Counted from the first letter of the stretch, positions 31,441 through 41,690 are shown. The stretch is DNA of 64,000 nt from Anaerolineales bacterium (GCA_046483045.1 JAWODY010000036.1:1848-65847); one strand, 5' to 3'. Translations and numbers: made by a program. Notes: generated by a model from the letters alone, not told the origin.

Positions 31441-32814
31441 ATGAACATCAATTCTCTCGACTTCATTATCATGATCAGTTTGACCGGTGTGACTGCCTTG
31501 ATCATCGGAGTCGGTGTAGGGTACCTTATCTTCTCAACGGATCAAAAACAGGAAAAAAATAAATCAAATTCTCATCCCGCACCTGCCAATAAAAAAGGTG
31601 AATCTTCCAGCCAACGGATGAGAAAGATGTATCAGCTGATCACGGATTTAACGACCACGCTGAATTATGAGCGCGTCTTGGAGAAGAGCCTGGATGCGAT
31701 CTTGATCGCTCTGCGTCTGTCTGACCATTCTACGGATCGTTTGATAAGCTCTGTCTTACTGTTCTCAGAAAACGATATCATGGAGCCTCCTGAATTATAT
31801 GTCGCCTACGGGCGTGGGTTGCCACGGACCGATTCACAGAGAAAGACACCGGGGATGGAAGGGCTCTTAGAAGCCGCCATCGAAAGCGGTGAATCCCAAC
31901 TCACAAAGGAAGCTCCAAAGGACCCGGAGTTGAAGAACTTCCTCGCATTTCGAGCCTGCCAATCGGCTTTCACCATCCCGCTCCGGGCCGGCCTGGACAC
32001 ATTCGGCGTCCTGCTCTTTGGACATCCTGAGGAAGATTATTTCAATACGGACTGCCAGGAAATCTTGGGCACGGTAGGGCATCAAGCGCAAATCGCCCTT
32101 CAAAATGCGCAATTATTCCAGGAATTGAAATCAGAAAAGGACCAAATCATCAAGGTCCAGGAGGAAGCACGCCGGAGGTTGGCAAGGGCTTTACATGATG
32201 GTCCCACTCAGACCGTAGCGGCCATCCCTATGCAGATCAGCCGGGCCCGTCACCTCCTCAACCGGGATGTGGACGCCGCCGCGGAGGCGCTTTATCAAAC
32301 GGAAGACCTGGCCCGTCGAACCTCCAAACAAATCCGGCACATGCTTTTCACCCTGAGGCCGTTGATCCTTGAGTCGGAAGGGCTGACCGCGGCTCTGGAA
32401 TCCATGGCCGAAAAGACGCGAGAGACCTTCGGGCAAAATGTGAGCATTAAGACCGATCCCTCCTTGATGGACGAGTTAAACATGAACGCCAAAACGGTGA
32501 TCTTCACAATTACAGAAGAGGCGGTCAACAACGCCCGAAAGCACGCCAATGCAGACCATATCCAGATCCGGCTCCAGCGCCTTCAGGAAGACCTGGCCTT
32601 GCTGGAGATCGAAGATGATGGCAAAGGGTTTGACGTAGAAAAAGTCACCGACAGTTATGAGGACCGGGACAGCCTGGGGATGATCAACATGCGAGAACGG
32701 GCTGAGCTGGTCGAAGGGGTTTTTCATATTAAATCCCAGCCAGGTCAGGGGACGACGATCCAGGTAGTCCTCCCTCTCACCGATGACGCTGCGGACCGGC
32801 TGCGGTTGATTTAA
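31441..32814 (+). CDS. GAF-domain sensor histidine kinase (HisKA_3 type)
   Basis: N-terminal TM, GAF, RLARALHDGPTQ, EAVNNARKHA, DDGKGF, GMINMRERA. Confidence 0.9.
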   Translation: MNINSLDFIIMISLTGVTALIIGVGVGYLIFSTDQKQEKNKSNSHPAPANKKGESSSQRMRKMYQLITDLTTTLNYERVLEKSLDAILIALRLSDHSTDRLISSVLLFSENDIMEPPELYVAYGRGLPRTDSQRKTPGMEGLLEAAIESGESQLTKEAPKDPELKNFLAFRACQSAFTIPLRAGLDTFGVLLFGHPEEDYFNTDCQEILGTVGHQAQIALQNAQLFQELKSEKDQIIKVQEEARRRLARALHDGPTQTVAAIPMQISRARHLLNRDVDAAAEALYQTEDLARRTSKQIRHMLFTLRPLILESEGLTAALESMAEKTRETFGQNVSIKTDPSLMDELNMNAKTVIFTITEEAVNNARKHANADHIQIRLQRLQEDLALLEIEDDGKGFDVEKVTDSYEDRDSLGMINMRERAELVEGVFHIKSQPGQGTTIQVVLPLTDDAADRLRLI

Positions 32815-32845
32815 TCCCCTGCTCATTGCATTTCCCATCCCACAC

Positions 32846-33616
32846 ATGCCTTTCCAAAACGGCTTATATTATTACGCATATCATCCCCAGGACAAAGACA
32901 GAGTTCCCCTGGTTTTGATCCACGGCGCTGGAGGCGATCACCTGCACTGGCCTGTGCAAATCCGCCGCCTTTCCAGATTCAGGATCTATGCCCTGGACCT
33001 GCCGGGACACGGAAAATCTGGGGGGCACGGCTTGCAGCGAATCGAAAACTATACACAGGCTGTGATCAGTTGGTTGAATGAAATGCACATCCCCAATGCG
33101 ATCTTGGTAGGGCATTCCATGGGAAGCGCCATCGCCCTCTGGATGGGGATTCACCACCCACAGCGGGTGTTAGGGCTGGGGCTGCTCGGATCCGGTCCCA
33201 GATTTCCCGTCAACCCAACCCTGTTAGAAGAAACTGGGTATCCATCGACCTTTCCCAATGCGGTTGAGAAGATCATCCGCTGGTCATTCAGTAGTAGCAC
33301 AGAACGGAAACTGATCGAAACAGCAAAAGAGAGGATGCTTGAAACGCGTCCCTCTGTTCTCCACGGGGACTTCCTGGCCTGTGAAAAATTCAACATCGCA
33401 GATCAAATATCACAGATCTGCGCCCCGGCCATGATCCTATGTGGTGAAGACGACAAGATGATCCCCTGCCGGTTATCCAAACAATTAGCGGAGGGAATGA
33501 CTGAAGCGGATCTTGAGATTATCCCGGAAGCTGGGCACATGCTGATGATCGAAAAGCCGGAAGCCTCGGCTTCCCAGCTGCGACACTTTCTGGAAGATCT
33601 CTCAGAGCGCTGGTAG
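32846..33616 (+). CDS. Alpha/beta hydrolase
   Basis: LIHGAGG, DLPGHG, GHSMG, D and GH triad motifs. Confidence 0.9.
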   Translation: MPFQNGLYYYAYHPQDKDRVPLVLIHGAGGDHLHWPVQIRRLSRFRIYALDLPGHGKSGGHGLQRIENYTQAVISWLNEMHIPNAILVGHSMGSAIALWMGIHHPQRVLGLGLLGSGPRFPVNPTLLEETGYPSTFPNAVEKIIRWSFSSSTERKLIETAKERMLETRPSVLHGDFLACEKFNIADQISQICAPAMILCGEDDKMIPCRLSKQLAEGMTEADLEIIPEAGHMLMIEKPEASASQLRHFLEDLSERW

Positions 33617-33631
33617 GCGAACCTCGAGGTA

Positions 33632-33660
33632 TTGCACATTCAAAGGGGACTGGGTATAAT
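33632..33660 (+). promoter_or_regulatory. Sigma-70 promoter of tRNA-Val
   Basis: TTGCAC-N17-TATAAT, 11 nt upstream of the tRNA. Confidence 0.8.
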
Positions 33661-33671
33661 GTCTCCCACAT

Positions 33672-33745
33672 GGGCGGTTAGCTCAGCTGGTAAGAGCGCT
33701 GCGTTGACATCGCAGAGGTCGTTGGTTCGAGTCCAATACCGCCCA
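33672..33745 (+). tRNA. tRNA-Val(GAC), CCA not encoded
   Basis: Acceptor GGGCGGT/ACCGCCC, D arm AGCTCAGCTGGTAAGAGC, anticodon stem CTGCG/CGCAG with TT-GAC-AT loop, T loop GGTTCGAGTCC. Confidence 0.96.
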
Positions 33746-33752
33746 CAACACG

Positions 33753-33780
33753 AACCGCTCTTCACCGGAAGAGCGGTTTT
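33753..33780 (+). terminator. Intrinsic terminator after tRNA
   Basis: AACCGCTCTTC-accg-GAAGAGCGGTTtt. Confidence 0.85.
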
Positions 33781-34029
33781 CTTATTTTTGGGGGGAGGGG
33801 AAGATATGAAATGTTCCTATCCATTCCAGGAATCCAACCCACATCAGCTGGAGAACAGATTGCTGATTAAAATTGTACTAGCGGTCAAATTGCGCATTCC
33901 TTCTGTAGAAAAACCTTTGTAACAAGAGTTATTTCCCTCAATGGCTACACTGAAAGTAAATTATCTATGATCACTCTCTACTGGATGGAAGGTGAAGATG
34001 GCCATTTCTTAGTGACATGATGAAGATAT

Positions 34030-34785
34030 ATGGATACAAAAGATAAGTGGTTTGCTGCCAGTACAATCGCTGTGATCCTGGGTAGTTTGCTTGGATTCAT
34101 GTTGATTCTCGGTATGGTGTGGGCGGATTTTGAAGGATCATTATTCCTCCCTAGTTTGATTGGGGAAAAGTACGTGGTTAAGAACCTGAACTGCCCTGCG
34201 CTCATGACCCGGAATGAAACCCGTCACATCAGCTTAACCTTGGGCAACTCAAGGGAGAATGAACAATCACGATTTATGGAAGGGATGATCTCCAAGGGCG
34301 ATATCAGGCAAACTCGCGTAATAAAACAAGAGGTCACAATCGCGCCCGGGGCAAAGGAAGAAGTCACCTGGGAAATCTATCCGGAAGATGCCGCATATGA
34401 CAAGGTCGTCCTTTTTCATGTCTACGTGAAACGAGCTTATTCTGCCCCCTCCTTGGAAGGGACCTGCGGTGTGTTGGTGTTGGACATCCCATTCTTAACT
34501 GGAATCCAGGTGATGGGCATTGTTTTAGGTTTAATCTTTTTCTTGATCCTGGGAGGAAATACCATCCTCTTGCTTCAGTACCAAAAAGACCTCATGGGAC
34601 CCCGCCGCCGGTATGTGTGGCGAGCGATGTTTGCCATGTCCATTCTCACCGTATTGGGGATATGGACCAGCATCATGGGCTACTGGGAATTCGGCTTTTT
34701 CTTCTGGTTCTCTTCATTCTCCATTCTTGTGTACCTGGCAGCCAGAACTTTTGTCAACATGGTGTTTGGATCTCAGAACACCTGA
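34030..34785 (+). CDS. Hypothetical membrane protein
   Basis: N-terminal TM, extracytoplasmic beta-rich segment bracketed by two Cys, three C-terminal TM segments. Confidence 0.7.
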   Translation: MDTKDKWFAASTIAVILGSLLGFMLILGMVWADFEGSLFLPSLIGEKYVVKNLNCPALMTRNETRHISLTLGNSRENEQSRFMEGMISKGDIRQTRVIKQEVTIAPGAKEEVTWEIYPEDAAYDKVVLFHVYVKRAYSAPSLEGTCGVLVLDIPFLTGIQVMGIVLGLIFFLILGGNTILLLQYQKDLMGPRRRYVWRAMFAMSILTVLGIWTSIMGYWEFGFFFWFSSFSILVYLAARTFVNMVFGSQNT

Positions 34786-35079
34786 CATGGTTTTTTTCAA
34801 GCGAGGTGATGCGCCACCAGCGGGTTAAAAGGGGAATCCTTTAAGTCAGGGCCGGGAAACTCTATCCAAGGAACATCGATCCTGTACGCGGCCTAATTGT
34901 TGACCTTTCACATGGGAAGAGAAACACTGACCACCGGTCGTCCATAAGGCTGCTCTTTTATAATGAAATTCTCTCTGCATTCGCTCTGCCACCGGAGGGC
35001 TCCCCGCACCTCACACCATCCGGAGACGCCAGTTCAGCTTTCCTAGAAAGGTCCTGAAAATTCAAGAAATTTTACACAT

Positions 35080-35111
35080 AAAAAAAACCGCCCCATAAGG
35101 GCGGTTTTTTT
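35080..35111. terminator. Bidirectional intrinsic terminator
   Basis: aaaaaaaaCCGCCC-cataa-GGGCGGttttttt. Confidence 0.85.
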
Positions 35112-35139
35112 ATCTTTATCTTATATCGGCTCAAGCATC

Positions 35140-35580
35140 TTACTTAGCTTCCCAGGCTTTGAGCATCCACAGATGAGCTTCAAGACCGTCTTTGACATCG
35201 TCCAGGAGGTTGGTCGTGGTCCGATCCTCAACGCCTTCCGCTTCCTCGATGACATCCTGGAGGGTGTCCGTCAAGGTTTCTATATCCTGGATCGCGCGGG
35301 TGACCATCACACCGGGCGCTGGCAAATCAGCGTCTTCTTGAAGGGTAGTCTCTTCCAGCATATGAGCCAGCGTGTGAAGCGGGACACCATCAAGTCCCAC
35401 CACGCGTTCAGCCAGTTCGTCGATCACGACCCCCACTTCAGTGTAAATCTCCTCAAACTTCTCATGCAGTTTAAAGAACTGAGGTCCCTTCACATTCCAG
35501 TGATAATGGCGGAGCTTCTGGTAAAACACGGTGAAGTCCGCAATCAGGATGTTTAGCTGTTTGTTTAATTTTTTCGACAT
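35140..35580 (-). CDS. dps: Dps family DNA-protection ferritin-like protein
   Basis: KLRHYHWNVKGPQFFKLHEKFEE, IDELAER, HLWML. Confidence 0.93.
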   Translation of the reverse strand: MSKKLNKQLNILIADFTVFYQKLRHYHWNVKGPQFFKLHEKFEEIYTEVGVVIDELAERVVGLDGVPLHTLAHMLEETTLQEDADLPAPGVMVTRAIQDIETLTDTLQDVIEEAEGVEDRTTTNLLDDVKDGLEAHLWMLKAWEAK

Positions 35581-35688
35581 ATTTCCTCCCGACAAAAGTC
35601 CGATAGATATATTTAAAAACCTCTCTTATCCTAACTCTAACAAAAGAATATAAGAGCATTATAAATAAATTTACCTGGAGGAATAGCT

Positions 35689-36687
35689 TTAAGATTCCCC
35701 ACCCAAAAATGTCAAGCCGTAGCAGGCAGCGCCCATCAGGGCGACTTTAGAATTGAGGATGACGTGAACAGGGATCTCAAAGAGCAGGTCAGAGAAGCGC
35801 CCTTTATCCTGAAAAGAATCCTGGAATTGCCCCTCTTCTAACAAAGAAAGGATGCGAGGGGGGATCCCTCCCGCCAAATAGACCCCGCCGGTTGCCATCA
35901 CTTTCAAGGCCAGATTACCGGCCTCAGCTCCCAGGATGGAAACGAACGTGTGCATCGTTTTCACACAAAGCTGACAGGGACGGTCATCCTCCATGGCTGC
36001 AGATGCGATCACCGGGGTCGGGTCTTCCACAGCGGCCAACTTTTCGGTTAACCAGGCAGGTTCCTCCGCATATCCGGTTTCCTTTAAGAATTCGTAGATA
36101 TTGGGGATCCCGATCCCGGAGCAAACCCGTTCATAACTGACCCGGTCATATCTTTCCTGAAGATAACGGAGTAAATCCAATTCCAGCGCAGAGGTGGGAC
36201 CAAAATCCGTATGTCCCCCCTCAGATGAATGAGCCCGGTGCCGTGATCCATCCCAGGTAAGAAAGCCCTCGCCAAGGCCTGTACCCGGGGCGATCACTGC
36301 CATATTTCCTTCTGGGACGGGTGTGCCAAGATTCAAAGGCTGCAGATCATCCCCATCCAGCAAGGGGACAGCATTGGAAACCGCTTCCAAATCATTGAGG
36401 AGATGAATGGAGGAAATATCCAGTTCATTTTCTAATTGCCTTTCGTCGATCACCCAGGGCAAATTCGTGACCTCCACCCGGCGGTTTACAACGGGTCCAG
36501 CGACCCCGAAGCTGGCCTGATCCACTTCCTGGTCAACTTGTTTTGAAAACTCCTTCACCATGTCTTCTAAGCTGCCATACTCACAGCTGGGATAAGTTTC
36601 TTCTACCAGGGGATCCCGGGGCCCCTTTTCATGCGAAAAGAGCGCCAATATCGTTTTCGTCCCTCCTATATCGCCAGCCAACAGCAT
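35689..36687 (-). CDS. glk: Glucokinase
   Basis: LAGDIGGTKT, FGVAGPV, LLNDLEA, APGTGLGE, SEGGH, GGVYLAGGI. Confidence 0.94.
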   Translation of the reverse strand: MLLAGDIGGTKTILALFSHEKGPRDPLVEETYPSCEYGSLEDMVKEFSKQVDQEVDQASFGVAGPVVNRRVEVTNLPWVIDERQLENELDISSIHLLNDLEAVSNAVPLLDGDDLQPLNLGTPVPEGNMAVIAPGTGLGEGFLTWDGSRHRAHSSEGGHTDFGPTSALELDLLRYLQERYDRVSYERVCSGIGIPNIYEFLKETGYAEEPAWLTEKLAAVEDPTPVIASAAMEDDRPCQLCVKTMHTFVSILGAEAGNLALKVMATGGVYLAGGIPPRILSLLEEGQFQDSFQDKGRFSDLLFEIPVHVILNSKVALMGAACYGLTFLGGES

Positions 36688-36962
36688 ATCAAAACCCCTT
36701 TTAGATCACTAAACAATACCCAAAAGTCAACACAGATTCTCGCCGGTTCAAATCTAACCACCATTGTATCAAGGAAATTAATATACTCCGTGTTGATTTG
36801 GACCCCAATAACCAACGCTTTGCCTATACATGTGTCCATTACAATCAATGGCCCCCTTCACCTAACAAGACAGGATATATATCGGAATCTGTGCCCATCG
36901 AGATCAACTCGATCTACATATACTCACGAGTTGCTGTGTTAGATTGAAACAAAGGAGATACA

Positions 36963-37237
36963 ATGACTATATTAGAATTCTTACTCTTACTGCTGATTGC
37001 TGGCCTCGCAGGATCGATTGACCAAGCATTGATAGGATTCAACGCACTGGCTGCCTGGTCACGATTGTCACGGGATTTATCAGGGCGCTTATCGGGCACT
37101 GGTTAGCCCAACAGATGGGATTACCAGCCTGGTTTACCTTTAATATCGGAGGACAAACCTTTCTGTTCTTATGGTCCGTGATCGGCTCCGCGCTTTTCGT
37201 GGCTGTCATCAGTCTGATCAGCCGGAACCGATTTTAA
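36963..37237 (+). pseudogene. GlsB/YeaQ/YmgE (transglycosylase-associated) membrane protein with a 1-bp deletion near 37042
   Basis: MTILEFLLLLLIAGLAGSIDQALIGF, then after a frameshift RTGCLVTIVTGFIRALIGHWLAQQMGLP...WSVIGSALFVAVISLISRNRF*. Span is 275 nt (92 codons minus 1 nt). Strong SD aaggag. Confidence 0.8.
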
Positions 37238-37307
37238 TCGAATCCGCAACACATGCACTGGCATTGTATGAGACGTCCGATCGAAATATTATTTTTGGAG
37301 GTAATCC

Positions 37308-37604
37308 ATGAATAATAAATGGCGTATCTCGATCACAATCCTGCTGCTATCAACCTTATTTTTCACAGCTTGCAGTGGTCAGATTTTTATTTCCGCGGCC
37401 GGTGAAACTGGGGATGGAAATAGTGGATCAGATGGAGAAATAGATATCGGCATAGGTGATGGAAGCAGCAATGGAGAGGGATTATCCAGCAATTCAAGCC
37501 AAACAGAGAAAAACAGTTCCCAACGGTCATCAACCATAAGATACTTCCTCATTTTAGCAGTAATTATTTTGGCATTGATCGTTTTTAGTTTCATAGTTCG
37601 TTAA
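37308..37604 (+). CDS. Small lipoprotein-like protein with C-terminal TM
   Basis: ggagg SD, FTAC lipobox-like motif, Gly/Ser/Asp-rich linker, hydrophobic C-terminus. Confidence 0.6.
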   Translation: MNNKWRISITILLLSTLFFTACSGQIFISAAGETGDGNSGSDGEIDIGIGDGSSNGEGLSSNSSQTEKNSSQRSSTIRYFLILAVIILALIVFSFIVR

Positions 37605-37615
37605 CTGGAGGAATC

Positions 37616-37975
37616 ATGGCTAATCAAACAGAGAATAGTGAACGGCAGACCGCACCAAAGCATACACACCAGATGGTTTTATCAAGCGGCACCATCCGTC
37701 TGATCCGGCTGGTCTGGGTATTGACCAGCGCAGTTGAGTTTTTCCTGCTCTTCCGTTTGTTATTGAAATTGTTCAAAGCCAATCCCGATAACCCCTTTGC
37801 AAACCTGATCTATACTGTCAGCGATGCTTTACTGATCCCTTTCCAGAATCTGGTCGCTAACCTGCACATCGGACGCTATGTGCTGGAAGGGAAGTCGCTA
37901 ATCGCGCTTCTGGCGTATATGGCACTTTCATCATTATTGGTGGGTTTAATAAGGGCGATAGCCTCTCGCCGGTAG
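37616..37975 (+). CDS. YggT family membrane protein
   Basis: RLLLKLFKANPDNPFANLIYTVSDALLIPF pattern; ggagg SD. Confidence 0.8.
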   Translation: MANQTENSERQTAPKHTHQMVLSSGTIRLIRLVWVLTSAVEFFLLFRLLLKLFKANPDNPFANLIYTVSDALLIPFQNLVANLHIGRYVLEGKSLIALLAYMALSSLLVGLIRAIASRR

Positions 37976-37986
37976 CCAGAACCGTT

Positions 37987-38015
37987 AAAAAACCACCCGT
38001 CTGGGTGGTTTTTTT
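37987..38015. terminator. Bidirectional intrinsic terminator
   Basis: aaaaaaCCACCC-gtct-GGGTGGttttttt. Confidence 0.85.
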
Positions 38016-38017
38016 AG

Positions 38018-38509
38018 TTAATTGCCCTCTGGATAAATTTCCGGCTCCGGATCCAACCGTCCCCCTCGGACAGTGCTCCCAATCACAAGGGCGGACCCAA
38101 TAATGACCAGATTTTTAATGATGTACTGGCCCTCCAGCGTCAACCCAAAGGGAAATTGAGTCCACACCGCGCTGGGTAAAAGCACCAAAGGAGAAAAAGT
38201 GCCTCCCATTTGTAGAAAGAGAAGCAATATGGTCAGGCGTAAAAATCGTCTGGAGATCATCCCTAAACCAATTATAATTTCCCAGACCGCAAGTACGGGG
38301 AGGAAGATGTCCGGATCGATGAAATAGATCGAGTTCCGGACCAGCTCTTCCGCGGGACTGAGACCTGGAATAAGCTTTAAGGCTCCAAACCAGACAAAGA
38401 CGATCCCCATCCCAAGCCGGGAAAAGGGGATCCCATATCTGGCCATCGTGACTGTGATTTTTCTATCAAGGTGTTCTAACCAGGGAACCTTATTAATTAA
38501 AAATATCAT
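38018..38509 (-). CDS. DoxX/DUF417-like membrane protein
   Basis: [31 protein letters not shown]. Confidence 0.8.
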   Translation of the reverse strand: MIFLINKVPWLEHLDRKITVTMARYGIPFSRLGMGIVFVWFGALKLIPGLSPAEELVRNSIYFIDPDIFLPVLAVWEIIIGLGMISRRFLRLTILLLFLQMGGTFSPLVLLPSAVWTQFPFGLTLEGQYIIKNLVIIGSALVIGSTVRGGRLDPEPEIYPEGN

Positions 38510-38807
38510 AGTTATGTCCTTCCTTCTGATCAGAAATATTTGCTTACAACAATTTGATTATCAAATGTGCTTTCCGGGTTGTCAATAGCAGGCTTAGACC
38601 TCTAACATGGAATTAACATCAAAGAAAAGGTTGAGAAGGACACAATCAAAGTAGATTTGGAGATTCTCTATGTCCTCTTGATATCTCCTGGTTTCATCAG
38701 AGCTTAATCTCCGATGATTATAATTGTTTCACTAGAACCACTCTATGCCCGCAAGTTTCCCAACCTGATGATATGTATGGATCCTCTGCCTTGAGCAGGA
38801 GGCCGCC

Positions 38808-40451
38808 ATGAACAGAAAAAAAATCGCCACAGGTGCGCTTATCGGAGGGCTGATCACCACCCTGCTGATCGCAATCACCTTCCTGGCGGAACGTCTCGCC
38901 GGTTTTTCATTCCTCCCCTTCGATGTCTTCAGTTGGATGACCCGCGTCCTCCCCGGTCCCATCGTCACTTTTGGCATCGACCTGATGATCGACACGCTTC
39001 GCCTTCTGAACATCAACGTAGCGGATACTGCCAAGACAGCTGAACAGGCCATAGCCGTGCTCCAGTTCCTGGCCATTGGGGTGGTGGCTGGTGCTATCTA
39101 TTTCGGTTTCCTCCACATCCAACAGCGGAAAGCCACGATAACCACAGGGCTGCTTCTGATTTTGATCTTTGGTCTACCTGCCGTCCTCATCAGCCAGATA
39201 ATGGAAGACACCGCACTCAGCCCGGCCGTGAATGGGATCTGGCAGGCAGCACTCTTCCTATTATGGGGGGTAAGTATTTCCCTCATTTACAATCGTCTGC
39301 AGCGCTATCAAGAAGAAATAGAACCTCAAGAAACAGATCTGGAGCACCCCTTCGTTGAGAAACTTGACCGGCGTCAATTCTTAATTACACTCGGCGCAGG
39401 TGCGGCAACCATTACCGTGATCGGGGCGGGCCTGGGTACCCTGCTCAAAAGAGAAAAAGGCGATGGACAGCGAACTGCTGATGGAGATGGGGACACTTCA
39501 ATCTTCCCGGACCCCCGACCCCTTCCCAACGCAGATGACCAGGTGAAACCCGCGGCGGGTACCCGGCTGGAATACACGCCCGTTGCAGATCATTACAAGG
39601 TTTTTATCGGACTCCAGCCGGAAAATATCGACGCCAGCGCCTGGACTCTTCCCATCACCGGTTTGATAGATAATCCCCTCGAGCTTACACTGGAAGACAT
39701 CCAAACCAACTATGAACCCATGAGCCGCTATATCACGCTCTCCTGCATTTCCGGACGCATCCCAACTACCCTGATCTCCACCACGTATTGGACAGGCGTC
39801 AGCGTACAGGATATCCTGGAGGATGCAGGGGTGCAGGAAGAGGCAGCGTACCTTCATATCCGGTCGGAAGACGGGTTTTATGAAACCGTCCCTCTGGATT
39901 TGATCTATGCCGATCCACGGATCATGTTCTGCTATGGATGGGATGGTAAACCGCTCCCCAAGGATCACGGCTTCCCTCTCCGGATCTGGATACCGGACCG
40001 GTTCGGCATGAAACAGCCTAAATGGATCACCAGCGTTGAGGTCATCGGAGAGTACAAAGAAGGATACTGGGTAGAGAGGGATTGGGATCGAATCGCCAAG
40101 ATCAAAACGAGATCTGTGATCGACAGTGTAGCTGTTGAAGATATCTTTGAGGTTGACGGGCAGCGCTTTGTCCCCATCAGCGGGATTTCTTTCGCAGGAG
40201 ATCGGGGTATATCCAATGTCGAACTCAGGGTTGATGACGGCCCCTGGCAGGAAGCGCAGCTCCGCTCGCCTCTCTCCGATGCCACCTGGGTGATCTGGCG
40301 CTATGACTGGCCCTTCCAAACCGGGGAACATACTTTCCAGGTTCGCTGCTACGATGGAAAAGGGGAGCTTCAAGTGACAGAAGACTCTCCCCCTCGCCCA
40401 GACGGCGCGACCGGTATCCATACACTCGAGCAGAACATCCAAGATACCTGA
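38808..40451 (+). CDS. Membrane-anchored sulfite oxidase-family molybdopterin oxidoreductase (MsrP/YedY-like)
   Basis: About 5 N-terminal TMs, then an internal RRQFL Tat-like segment; Mo-binding TLSCIS, HGFPLRIWIPDRFGMKQPKWI; Ig-like dimerisation domain (SGISFAGDRGI..VE). Confidence 0.88.
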   Translation: MNRKKIATGALIGGLITTLLIAITFLAERLAGFSFLPFDVFSWMTRVLPGPIVTFGIDLMIDTLRLLNINVADTAKTAEQAIAVLQFLAIGVVAGAIYFGFLHIQQRKATITTGLLLILIFGLPAVLISQIMEDTALSPAVNGIWQAALFLLWGVSISLIYNRLQRYQEEIEPQETDLEHPFVEKLDRRQFLITLGAGAATITVIGAGLGTLLKREKGDGQRTADGDGDTSIFPDPRPLPNADDQVKPAAGTRLEYTPVADHYKVFIGLQPENIDASAWTLPITGLIDNPLELTLEDIQTNYEPMSRYITLSCISGRIPTTLISTTYWTGVSVQDILEDAGVQEEAAYLHIRSEDGFYETVPLDLIYADPRIMFCYGWDGKPLPKDHGFPLRIWIPDRFGMKQPKWITSVEVIGEYKEGYWVERDWDRIAKIKTRSVIDSVAVEDIFEVDGQRFVPISGISFAGDRGISNVELRVDDGPWQEAQLRSPLSDATWVIWRYDWPFQTGEHTFQVRCYDGKGELQVTEDSPPRPDGATGIHTLEQNIQDT

Positions 40452-40616
40452 TCCAAGCCAGTACATCTTCTTCAACTCCCCATATATAGAAATAAATGTG
40501 CCCCTCTGGAAAAGGGGCATATTTTGATTTCCGGGTGGGGAACCCCACAGAGAACCCATTTCAAGGGGCAACCTCTTATTTTGTAGAGGTATTGTAAATA
40601 TTAATCTTCCTTTAAC

Positions 40617-40645
40617 TTGACAAAACCTAAAATTATTGTCATAAT
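40617..40645 (+). promoter_or_regulatory. Sigma-70 promoter of fasciclin gene
   Basis: TTGACA-N17-CATAAT with TG extension. Confidence 0.65.
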
Positions 40646-40686
40646 ATGGGCAATAGTTATACAAAACCTATAGACAGGAGTGAAAA

Positions 40687-41652
40687 ATGAAGAGAAATAC
40701 CCTTTTAGTTGTAGTATTGGCCCTTGTTCTGGTAATCAGCGCTTGTGCAGCGCCGGAGACCGCTGAGGTTGTGACGGAAGAACCGCAGCCCACAGCAACT
40801 CCCCTGCCCGAGCCCACCGAGGAGCCCACAGAGGAACCCACACCTGAGCCAATGGACATCGTGGACACCGCCATTGCAGACGGACGTTTCACAACCCTAA
40901 TCACGGCTGTAGAAGCCGCCGGGCTGGTGGACGCACTCAAAGCCGAAGGCCCGCTGACGGTCTTTGCCCCCACAGATGACGCTTTCGCAGCGCTCCCGGA
41001 AGGCACAGTGGACGCCCTCTTGAACGACATCCCCGCCCTGACCGACATCCTCCTCTATCACGTAGTGGAAGGCAAAGTCATGTCTGAGGACGTGGTCGAG
41101 CTTGAAAAAGCGATGACCCTTCAGGGTCAATACGTCGATATCAAGGTCGAAGACGGCAATGTCTACATCGATGATGCTCAAGTGATCATCACCGACATCG
41201 AGACCTCCAACGGCGTGATCCACGTCATCGACGCGGTCATCCAGCCGGAAAGCCGCGACATCGTTCAGGTGGCCGCGGAAGACGGACGCTTCTCCACCCT
41301 GGTCACAGCTGTAGAGGCCGTCGGGTTGGTGGACGCACTCAAAGCCGAAGGCCCGTTGACGGTCTTTGCCCCCACGGATGACGCTTTCGCAGCGCTCCCC
41401 GAGGGCACCTTGGACTCCCTGCTGGCTGACATCCCCGTTCTGACGGATGTCCTCCTCTACCACGTAGTGGAAGGCAAAGTCATGGCAGAAGATGTCGTGG
41501 AACTCAGCGAGGCTGAGACACTGCTTGGTGAAAAAGTGAACATCACCGTCGAGGACGGAAAAGTGTTGGTGAATGACGCTGAAGTGATCATCACCGATAT
41601 CGAAACCTCCAATGGCGTGATCCACGTCATTGATGCAGTTTTAATTCCATAA
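40687..41652 (+). CDS. Lipoprotein with two fasciclin (FAS1) domains
   Basis: ISAC lipobox, PTEEP linker, two copies of [10 protein letters not shown]...LLYHVV...[10 protein letters not shown]. Confidence 0.93.
   Translation: MKRNTLLVVVLALVLVISACAAPETAEVVTEEPQPTATPLPEPTEEPTEEPTPEPMDIVDTAIADGRFTTLITAVEAAGLVDALKAEGPLTVFAPTDDAFAALPEGTVDALLNDIPALTDILLYHVVEGKVMSEDVVELEKAMTLQGQYVDIKVEDGNVYIDDAQVIITDIETSNGVIHVIDAVIQPESRDIVQVAAEDGRFSTLVTAVEAVGLVDALKAEGPLTVFAPTDDAFAALPEGTLDSLLADIPVLTDVLLYHVVEGKVMAEDVVELSEAETLLGEKVNITVEDGKVLVNDAEVIITDIETSNGVIHVIDAVLIP
40860..41640 (+). repeat. Intragenic tandem duplication with about 402-bp period
   Basis: For example tggtggacgcactcaaagccgaaggcccg at 40925 and 41327, with near-identical flanks. 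Confidence 0.85.
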
Positions 41653-41682
41653 TTCGTATCTCCTCCTTTCGTATCTCCTCCT
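41653..41682 (+). repeat. Perfect 15-bp tandem duplication (ttcgtatctcctcct)x2
   Basis: Seen directly at 41653-41667 and 41668-41682. Confidence 0.9.
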
Positions 41683-41690
41683 TAAGAATC

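Noticed and set aside
33672-33745. tRNA-Val as an att site of an integrated island
   Set aside because: No duplicate of the tRNA 3' end and no integrase were found in the window.
39498-40664. 388-aa minus-strand ORF
   Set aside because: Antisense shadow of the Mo-oxidoreductase gene; no motifs.
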